From the NCBI GenBank assembly GCA_964599455.1, contig CAZREA010000001.1:199687-263686 (forward strand): DNA of 64,000 nt. Reading direction: 5' to 3'. This DNA comes from an uncultured Gammaproteobacteria bacterium (GTDB lineage: Bacteria > Patescibacteriota > Patescibacteriia > UBA9934). Position 1 is the stretch's first letter. Every line of letters begins with the position of its first letter. Below the pieces are notes generated by a model. The model ran no database searches. It was not told where the DNA came from and saw nothing but the letters and a program-made list of their open reading frames with translations. This document shows, one piece after another, positions 20,605 to 30,250 of this stretch. Position numbers and translations under genes: made by a program.

Positions 20605-20650
20605 GAATCTATATTACAGGATCTCTCTTTTTTTGTAAAGCTCTTCGTCT

Positions 20651-21358
20651 TTAGGCTACTGTATCGGATTGATCTTGCATTACCGCATAAGCTCGTGCGA
20701 ATTCTTCAGGTGTACCAACGGGCATCCAAAAAGTCGCCTCGACCACATGTACTTTTTCTGTTCGCGCAAGTTCAGCAAGGGTATGCGGAACGCTTGCTTC
20801 AACACCGCTATCACGTACCGGAATCTCAACAACAGGAAGAGAAAAATAGCGACGATCAAGCATGTATGCTCCACAATTTTGCCAATGTTCAACCCCGACA
20901 ATCACATCGCCTTTTGGCATAAAACCGCGCAGAAGATTTTCATTACTTACCAAAAAAGGATATGCAACGGCATCACGCGTTAAACGTGCAAGCACCGCAA
21001 GCGGAAATTGCGTCAAACGAAAAAGATCTTCTTTGGCGTAGATATCATCTGCATTCGCCACTAAGGTTGGCTCGTGAATATCTTGCTGCAATAATTCAAG
21101 AGCGCCGCCTGTACCATCGAGAATACGCTGCGTTACATAGCGCACAGGAATACTTTGATACGATGCTCCGATATATTCCTGAATCATTTCACCAAGATAG
21201 CCAACGACGATAATAATCTCATCAATTGTTGGCGGCAGCGCATCAAGTACATGTTCAAGCAGCCGTTTGGATCCGACGGAAACGAGCGGCTTAGGCATCG
21301 TATCGGTAAACGGCTTTAATCGCGTTCCCTTCCCCGCCGCTAAAATCACTGCGCGCAT
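20651..21358 (-). CDS. Sugar-phosphate nucleotidyltransferase family protein
   Basis: AVILAAGKGTRLKPFTDTMPKPL. Confidence 0.88.
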   Translation of the reverse strand: MRAVILAAGKGTRLKPFTDTMPKPLVSVGSKRLLEHVLDALPPTIDEIIIVVGYLGEMIQEYIGASYQSIPVRYVTQRILDGTGGALELLQQDIHEPTLVANADDIYAKEDLFRLTQFPLAVLARLTRDAVAYPFLVSNENLLRGFMPKGDVIVGVEHWQNCGAYMLDRRYFSLPVVEIPVRDSGVEASVPHTLAELARTEKVHVVEATFWMPVGTPEEFARAYAVMQDQSDTVA

Positions 21359-21359
21359 A

Positions 21360-21623
21360 TTATTTCTTTTCGCCACCAAGCACACGACGAATAGCAACGG
21401 TTAACAATACAATTACCAGCGTCATCAAGAATGCATAAAAGAATTTCGCGATCACATTTGATGCACCCGCAGGAAAGAATTCTTTAATCGCTGATGAGAT
21501 CGCATCATTCCACGCCAAACCCGCAACAACGGATAATGCCGCGGTAATATAGCCCATGAGTTGTTCACGAGTCGCTTGATGAAACTCTTGGGCTTCGGAT
21601 TTTATTTTTTCGATGGAGGGCAT
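21360..21623 (-). CDS. DUF5654-like small membrane protein
   Basis: ITAALSVVAGLAWNDAI. Confidence 0.8.
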   Translation of the reverse strand: MPSIEKIKSEAQEFHQATREQLMGYITAALSVVAGLAWNDAISSAIKEFFPAGASNVIAKFFYAFLMTLVIVLLTVAIRRVLGGEKK

Positions 21624-21639
21624 AATTATGAATGACACC

Positions 21640-23070
21640 TCAATACGCTCTCGCGAAGATGACGCGCTTCGACGACGGCTTACCTGAAAAAATACACTTC
21701 CCCTCTTCTTCAACCGCATCAAAAGGAATGCAGCGAATGGTTGCATTGGTTTCTTCCTTAATCTTCGCTTCAACATCAGCATCACCGCACCAATGAGCAC
21801 GAACAAAATTACCATTCTCGATAGCAATCTTGAATTCCTCCCATGTATCAACGGAAACGGTTTTTTGTTCAAGATAGGATTTTGCTCGAGAGAAGAGCGT
21901 ATTCTGAATATCTTCGAGCAATGATTGCAACTCAGTTGCAATTGCATCAAAAGCGATATCAGACTTGTCTCCTGTGTCACGCCGTGCAGCAACAACTTTT
22001 CCGGCAGCAATATCTTTCGGTCCGATTTCCAAACGCACGGGCACACCTTTTTTCTCCCAAACAAAAATCTTTTCACCCGGACGACCTTCTTTTTCATCAA
22101 TCTTTATCCGGATTCCTTTTTCTTTTAATTGACCCCCGATTTCTCTTGCCTTAGCAAGCACGTCATCTTTTTGTTCGTCTTTAAACCACAAAGGAATAAT
22201 CACTACTTGGACAGCCGCAAGACGAGGAGGCACCACGAGACCCTTGTCATCACTATGCGTCATGATGAGGCCGCCGATCATGCGAGTAGACACGCCCCAA
22301 CTCGTTTGCCAACAATATTGCTCGATATTATTCTCATCGGTATATTTCACGCCAAATGCTTTGGCGAAATTTTGTCCAAGGTTATGTGACGTTCCGAATT
22401 GCAATGCCTTGCCATCTTGCATCATGGCTTCGATACAATACGTACGCAATGCTCCCGCAAACTTTTCCGACTCAGATTTTTGACCAGGAATAACCGGGAT
22501 AGCCATGACGTTTTCGGCAAAGTCACGATACACATCGAGCATCATGCGCGCGCGTTCGTCAGCCTCATCGTGGGTGGCATGCACCGTGTGCCCTTCTTGC
22601 CACAAGAATTCGGTGGTACGCAAAAACAGACGCGTGCGTTTTTCCCAACGCACAACGTTTGCCCATTGATTAATAAGAAGCGGCAAATCGCGATATGAAT
22701 GTACCCAGTCTTTAAACACTTCGTACATGATCGTTTCGGATGTTGGGCGAACAACAAGCGGTTCTTCGAGCTTGGCACCACCCGCATGCGTCACCGTCGC
22801 GACTTCGGGAGCAAAACCTTCAACGTGATCCTCCTCGCGCGTTAACAATGATTGGGGAATAAAAAGCGGGAAGTACGCATTTTCTACACCACTCTGTTTA
22901 AAACGATCGTCAAGCAGGCGCTGCATACGCTCCCAAATGGCATACCCGTATGGCTTGATAATCATGCAACCTTTGACCGGCGAATGCTCGGCCATGTCAG
23001 CAGCGGCAATAATATCGAGGTACCACTGGTTATAATCCTCGGCACGAGCGGTGATCTTTTTTTCTTGCAT
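21640..23070 (-). CDS. proS: Proline--tRNA ligase (archaeal/eukaryotic-like type)
   Basis: VRPTSET, FLRTTEFLWQEGHT, SWGVSTR, C-terminal ARAY. Confidence 0.96.
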   Translation of the reverse strand: MQEKKITARAEDYNQWYLDIIAAADMAEHSPVKGCMIIKPYGYAIWERMQRLLDDRFKQSGVENAYFPLFIPQSLLTREEDHVEGFAPEVATVTHAGGAKLEEPLVVRPTSETIMYEVFKDWVHSYRDLPLLINQWANVVRWEKRTRLFLRTTEFLWQEGHTVHATHDEADERARMMLDVYRDFAENVMAIPVIPGQKSESEKFAGALRTYCIEAMMQDGKALQFGTSHNLGQNFAKAFGVKYTDENNIEQYCWQTSWGVSTRMIGGLIMTHSDDKGLVVPPRLAAVQVVIIPLWFKDEQKDDVLAKAREIGGQLKEKGIRIKIDEKEGRPGEKIFVWEKKGVPVRLEIGPKDIAAGKVVAARRDTGDKSDIAFDAIATELQSLLEDIQNTLFSRAKSYLEQKTVSVDTWEEFKIAIENGNFVRAHWCGDADVEAKIKEETNATIRCIPFDAVEEEGKCIFSGKPSSKRVIFARAY

Positions 23071-23116
23071 ACTGGTAAAAAGTGTAATGAAAAAACGAGA
23101 AAGAGGCAAAACAAAA

Positions 23117-23184
23117 GCGCACCCGGTAGGCGATGTGCTCTTGCGGACATTACTGTCCTTTAAACACATCGCACCTAGGTGCGC
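23117..23184 (-). terminator. Long interrupted hairpin trailer of the cassette gene
   Basis: GCGCACC…GCGATGTG…GGACA-gtaa-TGTCC…CACATCGC…GGTGCGC then TTTTGTTTT. Confidence 0.7.
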
Positions 23185-23193
23185 ACGGAGGAA

Positions 23194-23883
23194 TCACAGC
23201 TGACAGCTGGGATCCTCGAACAGCGCCCGCTCGATCCGCTCCATGTCGGTATCGGCGTCCTGATATGCGAGACGGTCGTCTCGCGCGTCGGCTTCACGGC
23301 GCTCCGTCGCCAGGCGGTCGAGCTCGGCCTCGAGCTCGTGGCGCTTGGCAACGCGCTCATCCAGATCGCCCGCGGGCTGGCGCAGGCGGAACGTGCCACG
23401 ATACTCCTTGAGGGAGATCGTGACCGTTCCTGTAGCCTGACTCCACTCGACCCAACCGGGGACGAATTGGGCACTCTCACCCTTAACAAACCAGTCCGAT
23501 CTGTCCAGCAGGCGCTTGACCGCTGGCCAGTCCAGGGGGATTCCCGGTCCGGCCATGGGGATGCTCTTCAGCCTCCCCTGCGCAATCTGATGGGCGGCGA
23601 TCCGGAACGGATTCAGCCGCCCGGTCAGGCCGAGCTCCTGCGCCAGGCGCAGGAGGGCGAGCGTGTGCGGACTGAGATCGGGCGGAAATTCCCGCCGTGT
23701 CAGATCACGATAACTGGTCCGCGGGGCGGACCCGGTCACCATGACTGTGCCGCCGAGGGACTTGCCCTCGGCGTCCCAGTAGACGTAGCCGCTGTGAATA
23801 GTCGCTCCGTAGACTGCGCCCAGGGGCGCGCCACGAAGAAGGGTGGGTCCGAGAACTTCAGGAAATCGCGTGATGTCACACAT
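23194..23883 (-). CDS. GC-rich cassette gene: ORFan with C-terminal coiled coil
   Basis: SD GGAG before ATG 23883; promoter and trailer both on - strand. Confidence 0.7.
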   Translation of the reverse strand: MCDITRFPEVLGPTLLRGAPLGAVYGATIHSGYVYWDAEGKSLGGTVMVTGSAPRTSYRDLTRREFPPDLSPHTLALLRLAQELGLTGRLNPFRIAAHQIAQGRLKSIPMAGPGIPLDWPAVKRLLDRSDWFVKGESAQFVPGWVEWSQATGTVTISLKEYRGTFRLRQPAGDLDERVAKRHELEAELDRLATERREADARDDRLAYQDADTDMERIERALFEDPSCQL

Positions 23884-23970
23884 GGATCTCTCCAGCTTGG
23901 ACTGGGAACCGCCCAGTTCGGTTGAAGCGACAGGCAAGAACGTCTCGCCGCTTTGAATCACTTCGAATAA

Positions 23971-23999
23971 AGTATAGCAAAAAATGGAGCTTTTGTCAA
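23971..23999 (-). promoter_or_regulatory. Near-consensus sigma70 promoter with extended -10
   Basis: TTGACA-17(AAAGCTCCATTTTTTGC)-TATACT. Confidence 0.85.
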
Positions 24000-24146
24000 A
24001 AAGAAAGAACTATTTCTTATCTAATATTAGCTCAGAAGTTAAAAACCTGATCATATATCTTTTTGGTAAAAAGCATGAGAAAAACAAAAAGAAAACACCG
24101 GTCGTGGTGCCAGTGTTCTCTTAAAAATATCTCTATCGAGAGTCTA

Positions 24147-25553
24147 TTACTTCTGTTCAATCGCCGTTCGTGCTCCCTTTCTTTGCCGAGGCTCCGCTTG
24201 AGAAGAAACTTTTACAGGAAGCGACGATCGAACTTCTTCAAGTTTTTCCTCAAGCAATGTCCGATCAACCATTTTTACAGCTTCAGCTGCGGCGATACTA
24301 CCAATTTTAAACATATACGCCGGATCCTTCTCGTTAATACCATGAGCTCTGCAAAAATTCTTATATTTGAAAAGTTCCTCGGCAAGCTCTCTAACCGTCT
24401 TCTCTCCTGTTAAACGTCTATCACGTAATCTTCTAAACTCTTCACGATACCAATTAAAATTATCATAAAAAAAAGCTTTTGCCGGAGGTAAATCACTTGG
24501 CATTTCTTTATATGCAAGATATGCCTTGTTAAATTCCATGAGTAGATTATGAATCTCCTCCGCCTCTTTCCTCTCTCCTCTTTCCTTTTCGCGATGATGA
24601 CGTTCTATGGCCGTAGTGAGACGCGCGGAAAGATCATTCGCATATGCGATGTCGATAGCTCGAACTTTTCGTTCTTTGTCGGTGATGGTGCCCGAGTAAT
24701 ATATTCCCTGCTCACGCTCGAACGCGGGGCCAAAACGCTGAGATATATTTTTCGCTAAAGACAGTATCTTTTTTTGCAATATGACCGATGAAACTTCTTC
24801 CCCTTCCCCATCTGTAAAAATTTCCGGACACTCAGCAGCAAGACTATGCAACATGGTATAAAAATCTTTCCGAAGAAGAACGGAAGAATAGGTATAGACC
24901 GTCTTTATACCATCGGGAAAACTTGCTCCATGGGGGCTAGGAACACTTCTTTGATTCGGCTCTGGCAACATATACCCATCTCCGGTTCCTACTGCCATAA
25001 AAGCCTTTTCAATGGCCTTTCGTTTTTCATCCGCCTCATCAAACATCGAGACCTCTTCTTGTCGGCCGATACTTGGAGGTTGTTTCAAGAAAATGTTTGC
25101 AGCAAATTCAGCCGCATCTTGCTCGGTAAGCGCATACAAAATTTCACGTACAGCTACGTCACGAGGTGTTTTAGCGGCTCGCCGCTCAATGCGCTCCAAG
25201 TCCTTCACTCTGCGTGATAATTCGTCGGAAAATATCCGCTTATAGTCACGTACCACTTGCCACGGCTCTTTTCCCAGAAGCGCCGAGGCACGACGCAAAA
25301 TACCATGCGTGATTTTTTCATTTTCAACCGCATTTTCAATAGCTCTTTCCCATTTCGCCTTCTCAACATCTTCATCCGCCTCACCTTTTTCGTATCGCTC
25401 CATTTTTGCAATACGAGCAGATTCTGCGTCGAGTGGAGCAATGTGGGCAGAAGCAGCATCAAGAGAAGCATCCTCAGGATTTTTTTCACGTTGCGTTTGG
25501 AATACCTCTTTCTGCAAACTCATCTCTCCTCGCCCCATCTTTGCTTTTGCCAT
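24147..25553 (-). CDS. Hypothetical charged helical protein
   Basis: 468-aa ORF, native codon usage. Confidence 0.75.
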   Translation of the reverse strand: MAKAKMGRGEMSLQKEVFQTQREKNPEDASLDAASAHIAPLDAESARIAKMERYEKGEADEDVEKAKWERAIENAVENEKITHGILRRASALLGKEPWQVVRDYKRIFSDELSRRVKDLERIERRAAKTPRDVAVREILYALTEQDAAEFAANIFLKQPPSIGRQEEVSMFDEADEKRKAIEKAFMAVGTGDGYMLPEPNQRSVPSPHGASFPDGIKTVYTYSSVLLRKDFYTMLHSLAAECPEIFTDGEGEEVSSVILQKKILSLAKNISQRFGPAFEREQGIYYSGTITDKERKVRAIDIAYANDLSARLTTAIERHHREKERGERKEAEEIHNLLMEFNKAYLAYKEMPSDLPPAKAFFYDNFNWYREEFRRLRDRRLTGEKTVRELAEELFKYKNFCRAHGINEKDPAYMFKIGSIAAAEAVKMVDRTLLEEKLEEVRSSLPVKVSSQAEPRQRKGARTAIEQK

Positions 25554-25715
25554 AAGAAATCACAAAACTCGATATGGAGAAAGTATAACCCATACCGCGA
25601 GTCGCAACAAAATTATGCATCAAGAATAAACCCGAACAAAGAAAACAAAGAGCGCACCGATGGGACTACGCTCTCTGCAACGATTGAACGTTGAGGGCAT
25701 GGCCGCACCGATGCG

Positions 25716-26180
25716 CTAGGTGATTCGCGGTTTTGGCAGCCGCATGATCTGAAGGATAATGTCGATCCTCTGCGGGTGCGTCAGGCACCTCCCGGCTTCG
25801 AAGAGCGCCATCGCTACGCGATCGTTTTCAAGGTCCCTTCGCTCAATCGCGGAGAGAATGTTGTTCAACCCACCCCCGACCTGATTGTCGAAGTCGCAGA
25901 CGGTCATGATGCCGGACAAGGCCCGCTTGCCTCGCTGGGTAAGGAAAATGTGAGTCTTCCCATTTTCCCCTTGAGCTTCATCCTTGCAGATACGCGCTTC
26001 AACGAAGCCGAGCTCCGCTAGCGGGTCGTGGACCCAGATGTCGTCCTTCCACGGAACGGCTTCGTAATGCCCAGGCCTTCCGCCATCGACATCGGAGAGC
26101 CAACGAACCCAACGGTCGGGTCCCTGACACATGGCGCGAAGGTCGGAAATGAACTGGGGATCAGAAGAAAAACGAGACAT
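25716..26180 (-). CDS. GC-rich cassette gene: ORFan
   Basis: SD AGGAGG before ATG 26180; promoter TTTACA-17-TATATT (26286-26258); leader hairpin; 3' hairpins. Confidence 0.7.
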   Translation of the reverse strand: MSRFSSDPQFISDLRAMCQGPDRWVRWLSDVDGGRPGHYEAVPWKDDIWVHDPLAELGFVEARICKDEAQGENGKTHIFLTQRGKRALSGIMTVCDFDNQVGGGLNNILSAIERRDLENDRVAMALFEAGRCLTHPQRIDIILQIMRLPKPRIT

Positions 26181-26467
26181 GATATCCCTCCTGGTAGTGC
26201 TGATAGTAGGTGCGGCGCCACAGCCCTCAGTCAGACAGAGGGTGTGCGCAACGAAGAAATATAGCAAAAGAACGCCTTTTTGTAAAGGGAATGTACGAGA
26301 TGGGCTATTTTCGCAATAAAAGAAAATGCAGAACTGTTGGCAAAAGTAAGGACGTGTTAATAACGTTTAAAATGTTTCTCGAACCTTATCGTAGATAACG
26401 AAAAAGTCGCTAGCTTTGGCCTCTGCCAACCCTTTAGCGACTTCTTCGAATGTGGGGATTTCTTGAA

Positions 26468-26543
26468 TGGTCGGGCTGGCGGGGCTCGAACCCACGACCT
26501 CGTCGTCCCGAACGACGCGCGCTACCAACTGCGCTACAGCCCG
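26468..26543 (-). tRNA. tRNA-Pro(CGG)
   Basis: CGGGCTG acceptor, CGTCG-TTCGGGA-CGACG anticodon arm, TTCGA T-loop, CCA. Confidence 0.95.
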
Positions 26544-26656
26544 ATATTTTGTCGCCCAGGAGTATAGGAAAATACCCGAATATTTGCAATCATCCCCAGC
26601 CTATTACAGATGTCAAATCGATGATAAACTAGGTACAAATTCTTTCATGCTCTTTT

Positions 26657-26962
26657 ATGAATCCAGAAACTCGCACCACAAAAATAGGAGATATCGAGAT
26701 TCCAGAAAAATATCAGGCTCTTTTTAAAAGTCTACTACAAAAATACGAAGCAACGCACGGCCCACAAACGGACGAAAAAAAACAAGAAATAGTAAAAGCC
26801 TGGATGAAAGTTGCTAAAATAAAAGAGGATAGAGCAAGAGAGGAGGCAAGAGAACATACTCGAGAATCTCTTGAAAAATACGAAGATCTCACGGAAGATT
26901 ATCGGGCAACAATGGAGCTCAGTGGAAGCACTGCAGGCAAAAGAGATCTTGAGGACGAATAA
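26657..26962 (+). CDS. Hypothetical protein
   Basis: ORF followed by terminator ~26973-27004. Confidence 0.6.
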   Translation: MNPETRTTKIGDIEIPEKYQALFKSLLQKYEATHGPQTDEKKQEIVKAWMKVAKIKEDRAREEAREHTRESLEKYEDLTEDYRATMELSGSTAGKRDLEDE

Positions 26963-27056
26963 TATTCAAAAGGGATGCGGATCGTGAGATACGCATCTTT
27001 TTTTGACTCTATGATCATAATCATATAAATTTTTCAGGCAACCTCGGAGGTTTTTC

Positions 27057-27524
27057 ATGACACACGCTGAACTGATGGAGCTGTTTGCCGGCAAGCGCTG
27101 GATGCAGTTCCAGATCCACACACTCGATCAGCAACCAAAGATCGCGCTCGTAGGTGACGTCACTAGCATCACCATCGGTAAGCACGAACGCCTGGCGGTT
27201 GATCATACACGTCTCCACGAGAAGTACTGGAACGGTTGGAGGTCGCTCAGCAGCAAGGAGCCTTTCCTCGTTCCAGGACCCGCTGATCGACTCCTGATCT
27301 CGCAAACGCCACTTGGGCGTCTCGTCGTTCTCTCCGTCAACGCGCATTATCCCGAGGAATCGATCATCACCGTCTTCTTCCCGGAAGGGGATGAAGGAAC
27401 CATCGAGGAAACAGAGCTGGTCAAGATATATCCCATCGATCTGGCCACGATCGTCATCGTCCCAGAGTCCGCGTCGAGATACTCGCCAGGAGAAGATCCC
27501 AATTCGGAGGAAATTCCCTTCTGA
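27057..27524 (+). CDS. GC-rich cassette gene: ORFan ending in EEIPF
   Basis: -35 TTGACT at 27003; SD GGAGG; GC-rich; 3' hairpins. Confidence 0.72.
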   Translation: MTHAELMELFAGKRWMQFQIHTLDQQPKIALVGDVTSITIGKHERLAVDHTRLHEKYWNGWRSLSSKEPFLVPGPADRLLISQTPLGRLVVLSVNAHYPEESIITVFFPEGDEGTIEETELVKIYPIDLATIVIVPESASRYSPGEDPNSEEIPF

Positions 27525-27645
27525 CCGCACATGCGGGCAGGTTCCCGGCCACATGGCCAAAAAGAACCGCGCCCCGTGGTGCGGTCGCTTCTTTTGTTGG
27601 CAAGGAAGCTTTGTATTTCATGCTACACTTTTATTAAATATTTTT

Positions 27646-28632
27646 ATGCGTTCAACACTTTTTCTCACGGCATGCTTACTCACGCTTCTTTCAAATCTGA
27701 TCGGCACCACGGTAACTCAAGCCGCATCCATGGATCAGATTCGCGGACGAATCGTGATTCAGACGGAGGATCATGGCGAAGCATGGTACATCCTTCCCAC
27801 TGAAACGGTACGCTTTTACATTAAAAACGGAGATGCTGCGTATGCAGCTCTGCGTAACTTCGGGCTTGGCATTTCCAACGACGACTTGTCGCAAATTCCG
27901 CTCGGCATACAATTACCATCAAGCGATGACGATTCTACCCTTGACTCAGATGTCGATGGCTTGCCCGATAAACTCGAAGAGGCGCTCGGCACAGATGCTG
28001 ACTATTCCGATTCCGACAACGATGGATATACAGATACCGATGAATTACACGATGGCTACAATCCTCTTGGCTCAGAAAAACTCGCCACAAGCGAAGCGCT
28101 TGTTGAGCGTTTAAAGGGATACGTTCTTTTACAGGTTGAATCTCGTGGCGAGGCTTGGTACGTCAATCCTGCCGACGGCAAGCGTTACTACATGGCCAAT
28201 GGCGAATGGGCGTATGAAATCATGCAGTCGCTGAGTTTAGGAATTACGAATAACGATCTTTCGTATGTTCCCATCTATGATGGCGTGCTTGATTGCGGTG
28301 AAAGTATTGACTGTATGATCGGTTCAATCGAAGCGTTTACGGATTTTACCGGCGTTGTCGTAAGTGATATTTCCTTATTCGGTCGGCAAATTCAAACATG
28401 GAGTCAGCTGGACTACAGTACCACTCGTGGAGATGATGCACGCTACCCTTGGACATGGACGACGCTTCAGCAACTTGTTGACGGCGTTGAGCAAACAGAT
28501 GCAGTCGGCGTTGGACAGCATTGTCGCAGTACGTACTATACTGATCTTATTGATGTATTAAGTGAAGCAAAGTTAGGCAACTATTCCGATGACACTCCCT
28601 CAACTATGGTGTGCGAATCGTTTGGAGAGTAA
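27646..28632 (+). CDS. Secreted protein with two G-R/Y-I/V-x-x-Q-x-E-x-x-GEAWY repeats and DxDxDG Ca-binding repeats
   Basis: Signal peptide; duplicated GEAWY module; DSDVDGL/DSDNDGY. Confidence 0.8.
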   Translation: MRSTLFLTACLLTLLSNLIGTTVTQAASMDQIRGRIVIQTEDHGEAWYILPTETVRFYIKNGDAAYAALRNFGLGISNDDLSQIPLGIQLPSSDDDSTLDSDVDGLPDKLEEALGTDADYSDSDNDGYTDTDELHDGYNPLGSEKLATSEALVERLKGYVLLQVESRGEAWYVNPADGKRYYMANGEWAYEIMQSLSLGITNNDLSYVPIYDGVLDCGESIDCMIGSIEAFTDFTGVVVSDISLFGRQIQTWSQLDYSTTRGDDARYPWTWTTLQQLVDGVEQTDAVGVGQHCRSTYYTDLIDVLSEAKLGNYSDDTPSTMVCESFGE

Positions 28633-28716
28633 GAAAAATCACCGCATCTGCGGTGATTTTTTTATTGAGGACATCCCCCATAGCTCGACTACGGACATGT
28701 ATCGAGCGAAGGGGGA

Positions 28717-28804
28717 TGGCGGAGAGAGAGGGATTTGAACCCTCGATACCTTGCGGTATGCACGCTTTCCAAGCGTGTGCACTAGACCACTATGCGACCT
28801 CTCC
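28717..28804 (-). tRNA. tRNA-Ser(GGA)
   Basis: Long variable arm, CACGC-TTGGAAA-GCGTG, GCCA end. Confidence 0.95.
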
Positions 28805-28809
28805 ATGAT

Positions 28810-28934
28810 CAGGATCATTTTATTTGGGCTATTTTCTGCCTTCATCGCTGCGGCCGACTCGCCGTACATCTGTAGTACGCCTCGTCGGTCCTCGCTCTTC
28901 AGGACAGAAACTATCTCCAAATAAAATGATCCTG
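28810..28934. repeat. 125-bp palindromic MITE/RPE-like element between two tRNAs
   Basis: 18-bp terminal IR CAGGATCATTTTATTTGG; core CGTAC-N7-GTACG. Confidence 0.65.
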
Positions 28935-28957
28935 TGCCTAACGTTCCTAAAAACCAC

Positions 28958-29033
28958 TGGTCGGGCTGGCGGGACTTGAACCCACGACCTCTTGCACCCC
29001 ATGCAAGCGCGCTACCAACTGCGCTACAGCCCG
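28958..29033 (-). tRNA. tRNA-Pro(GGG)
   Basis: CTTGC-ATGGGGT-GCAAG anticodon arm; CCA. Confidence 0.95.
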
Positions 29034-29106
29034 AAAACCCGACCAAAGCGGAATGAGTATAGGGATTTTTTCAAAAAGAGTCAAAAAGGCTATGATACGA
29101 GAAAGT

Positions 29107-29424
29107 ATGGATTTTTCTTTCCCACAGCGCCTTCTTCCGCAACCCCTTACTGCTTTACAAAAAGCGGGCTACTTCCCTTTTCAAGATCCAAAATCAGGTG
29201 AGCACAGTTTTGTCCTACGTCTGGGGCCTGACTTTTATCCCCGTTTTCACCTCTATCTTAAAGAAAAAAACGAACAGTGGATTTTCTCTTTACATCTTGA
29301 TCAAAAGAAGCCCTCGTATGCTGGAACGCATATGCATGGAGGAGAATACGACGGACCGTTAATTGAGAAAGAGGCAGAAAGAATTCACGGATGGGTTCAG
29401 CACATCGTACAAAGTCAAAAATAA
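29107..29424 (+). CDS. Conserved hypothetical protein (YPRFHLY…LHLDQK…HxGEY)
   Basis: Motif-rich small protein; terminator 29424-29457. Confidence 0.75.
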   Translation: MDFSFPQRLLPQPLTALQKAGYFPFQDPKSGEHSFVLRLGPDFYPRFHLYLKEKNEQWIFSLHLDQKKPSYAGTHMHGGEYDGPLIEKEAERIHGWVQHIVQSQK

Positions 29425-29463
29425 AAAACACCCTCGATGGATTCGAGGGTGTTTTTTATTTTC

Positions 29464-30249
29464 TTACTTCGCTAATGCGGCATCAATAATCTTCGTGAAG
29501 GTGCTCAATGAAGCTGCGCCAACGGATTGACCACTAGAGCTGACGACCATTTGACCGTTGATGAAGGTTGCGGGGGTACCCGAAACGCCAGCAGTACGAC
29601 CAGAAGCGGTATCGGCATCAACTTTATCTTGATACTTGGCGGTTTTTACACAATCATTAAATTTTGTGATGTCCAGGCCTAAATCCTTTGCTGTTTTTGT
29701 GAAGAATGCTGAAGCAGCGTCGGCATCACCATCAAGACCGCCCGTTTGACCTTCGAACATGGCATCAGCAAATTCCCAAAACTTACCCTGTTCGTTCGCA
29801 CATTCTGATGCCAAAGCCGCAGGTTCGGCGTTCGGGTGAAAAGAGAGAGGAAAATGACGATAAACCCAAGCAATGTCGCCCCCATATTTCTCATAAATTT
29901 GCTCCATGGTGGGATGATGACGGCTGCAGAATGGACATTCAAAGTCGGAATATTCCACAACGACCACTTTTGCCTTGGTAAGATCACCACGAACATGATC
30001 AGCCGACGTTACTTCGGCCATTTTTCCTGCAACTGGAGGAGTAGTCGGCTCCACTATAGTAGGAGTGCCGGTGTTGGTTGTACCCGTACCCGCAGCAATG
30101 CCATTTACCGAACCGTAGGCAATGCCCGTAAAACTATTCAGAAGAAGAAGCAAGGCCATGCCTGAAACGAACCCGAACATGTACATGGTTTTTGGATTAC
30201 CATCAAAAAAACCCTTATTGGAAGATTGTTCATTCATATCGCTTTTCAT
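29464..30249 (-). CDS. DsbA-family thioredoxin-fold protein
   Basis: EYSDFECPFC, RHFPL, GTPATFING. Confidence 0.92.
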   Translation of the reverse strand: MKSDMNEQSSNKGFFDGNPKTMYMFGFVSGMALLLLLNSFTGIAYGSVNGIAAGTGTTNTGTPTIVEPTTPPVAGKMAEVTSADHVRGDLTKAKVVVVEYSDFECPFCSRHHPTMEQIYEKYGGDIAWVYRHFPLSFHPNAEPAALASECANEQGKFWEFADAMFEGQTGGLDGDADAASAFFTKTAKDLGLDITKFNDCVKTAKYQDKVDADTASGRTAGVSGTPATFINGQMVVSSSGQSVGAASLSTFTKIIDAALAK

Positions 30250-30250
30250 T

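Noticed and set aside
21360-22100. 246-aa ORF overlapping proS
   Set aside because: Only the last 87 codons (from 21623) look like a real protein; the rest is an alternative frame of proS
23179-23925. 248-aa + strand ORF
   Set aside because: Antisense shadow of a GC-rich gene; promoter, SD and trailer all support the - strand
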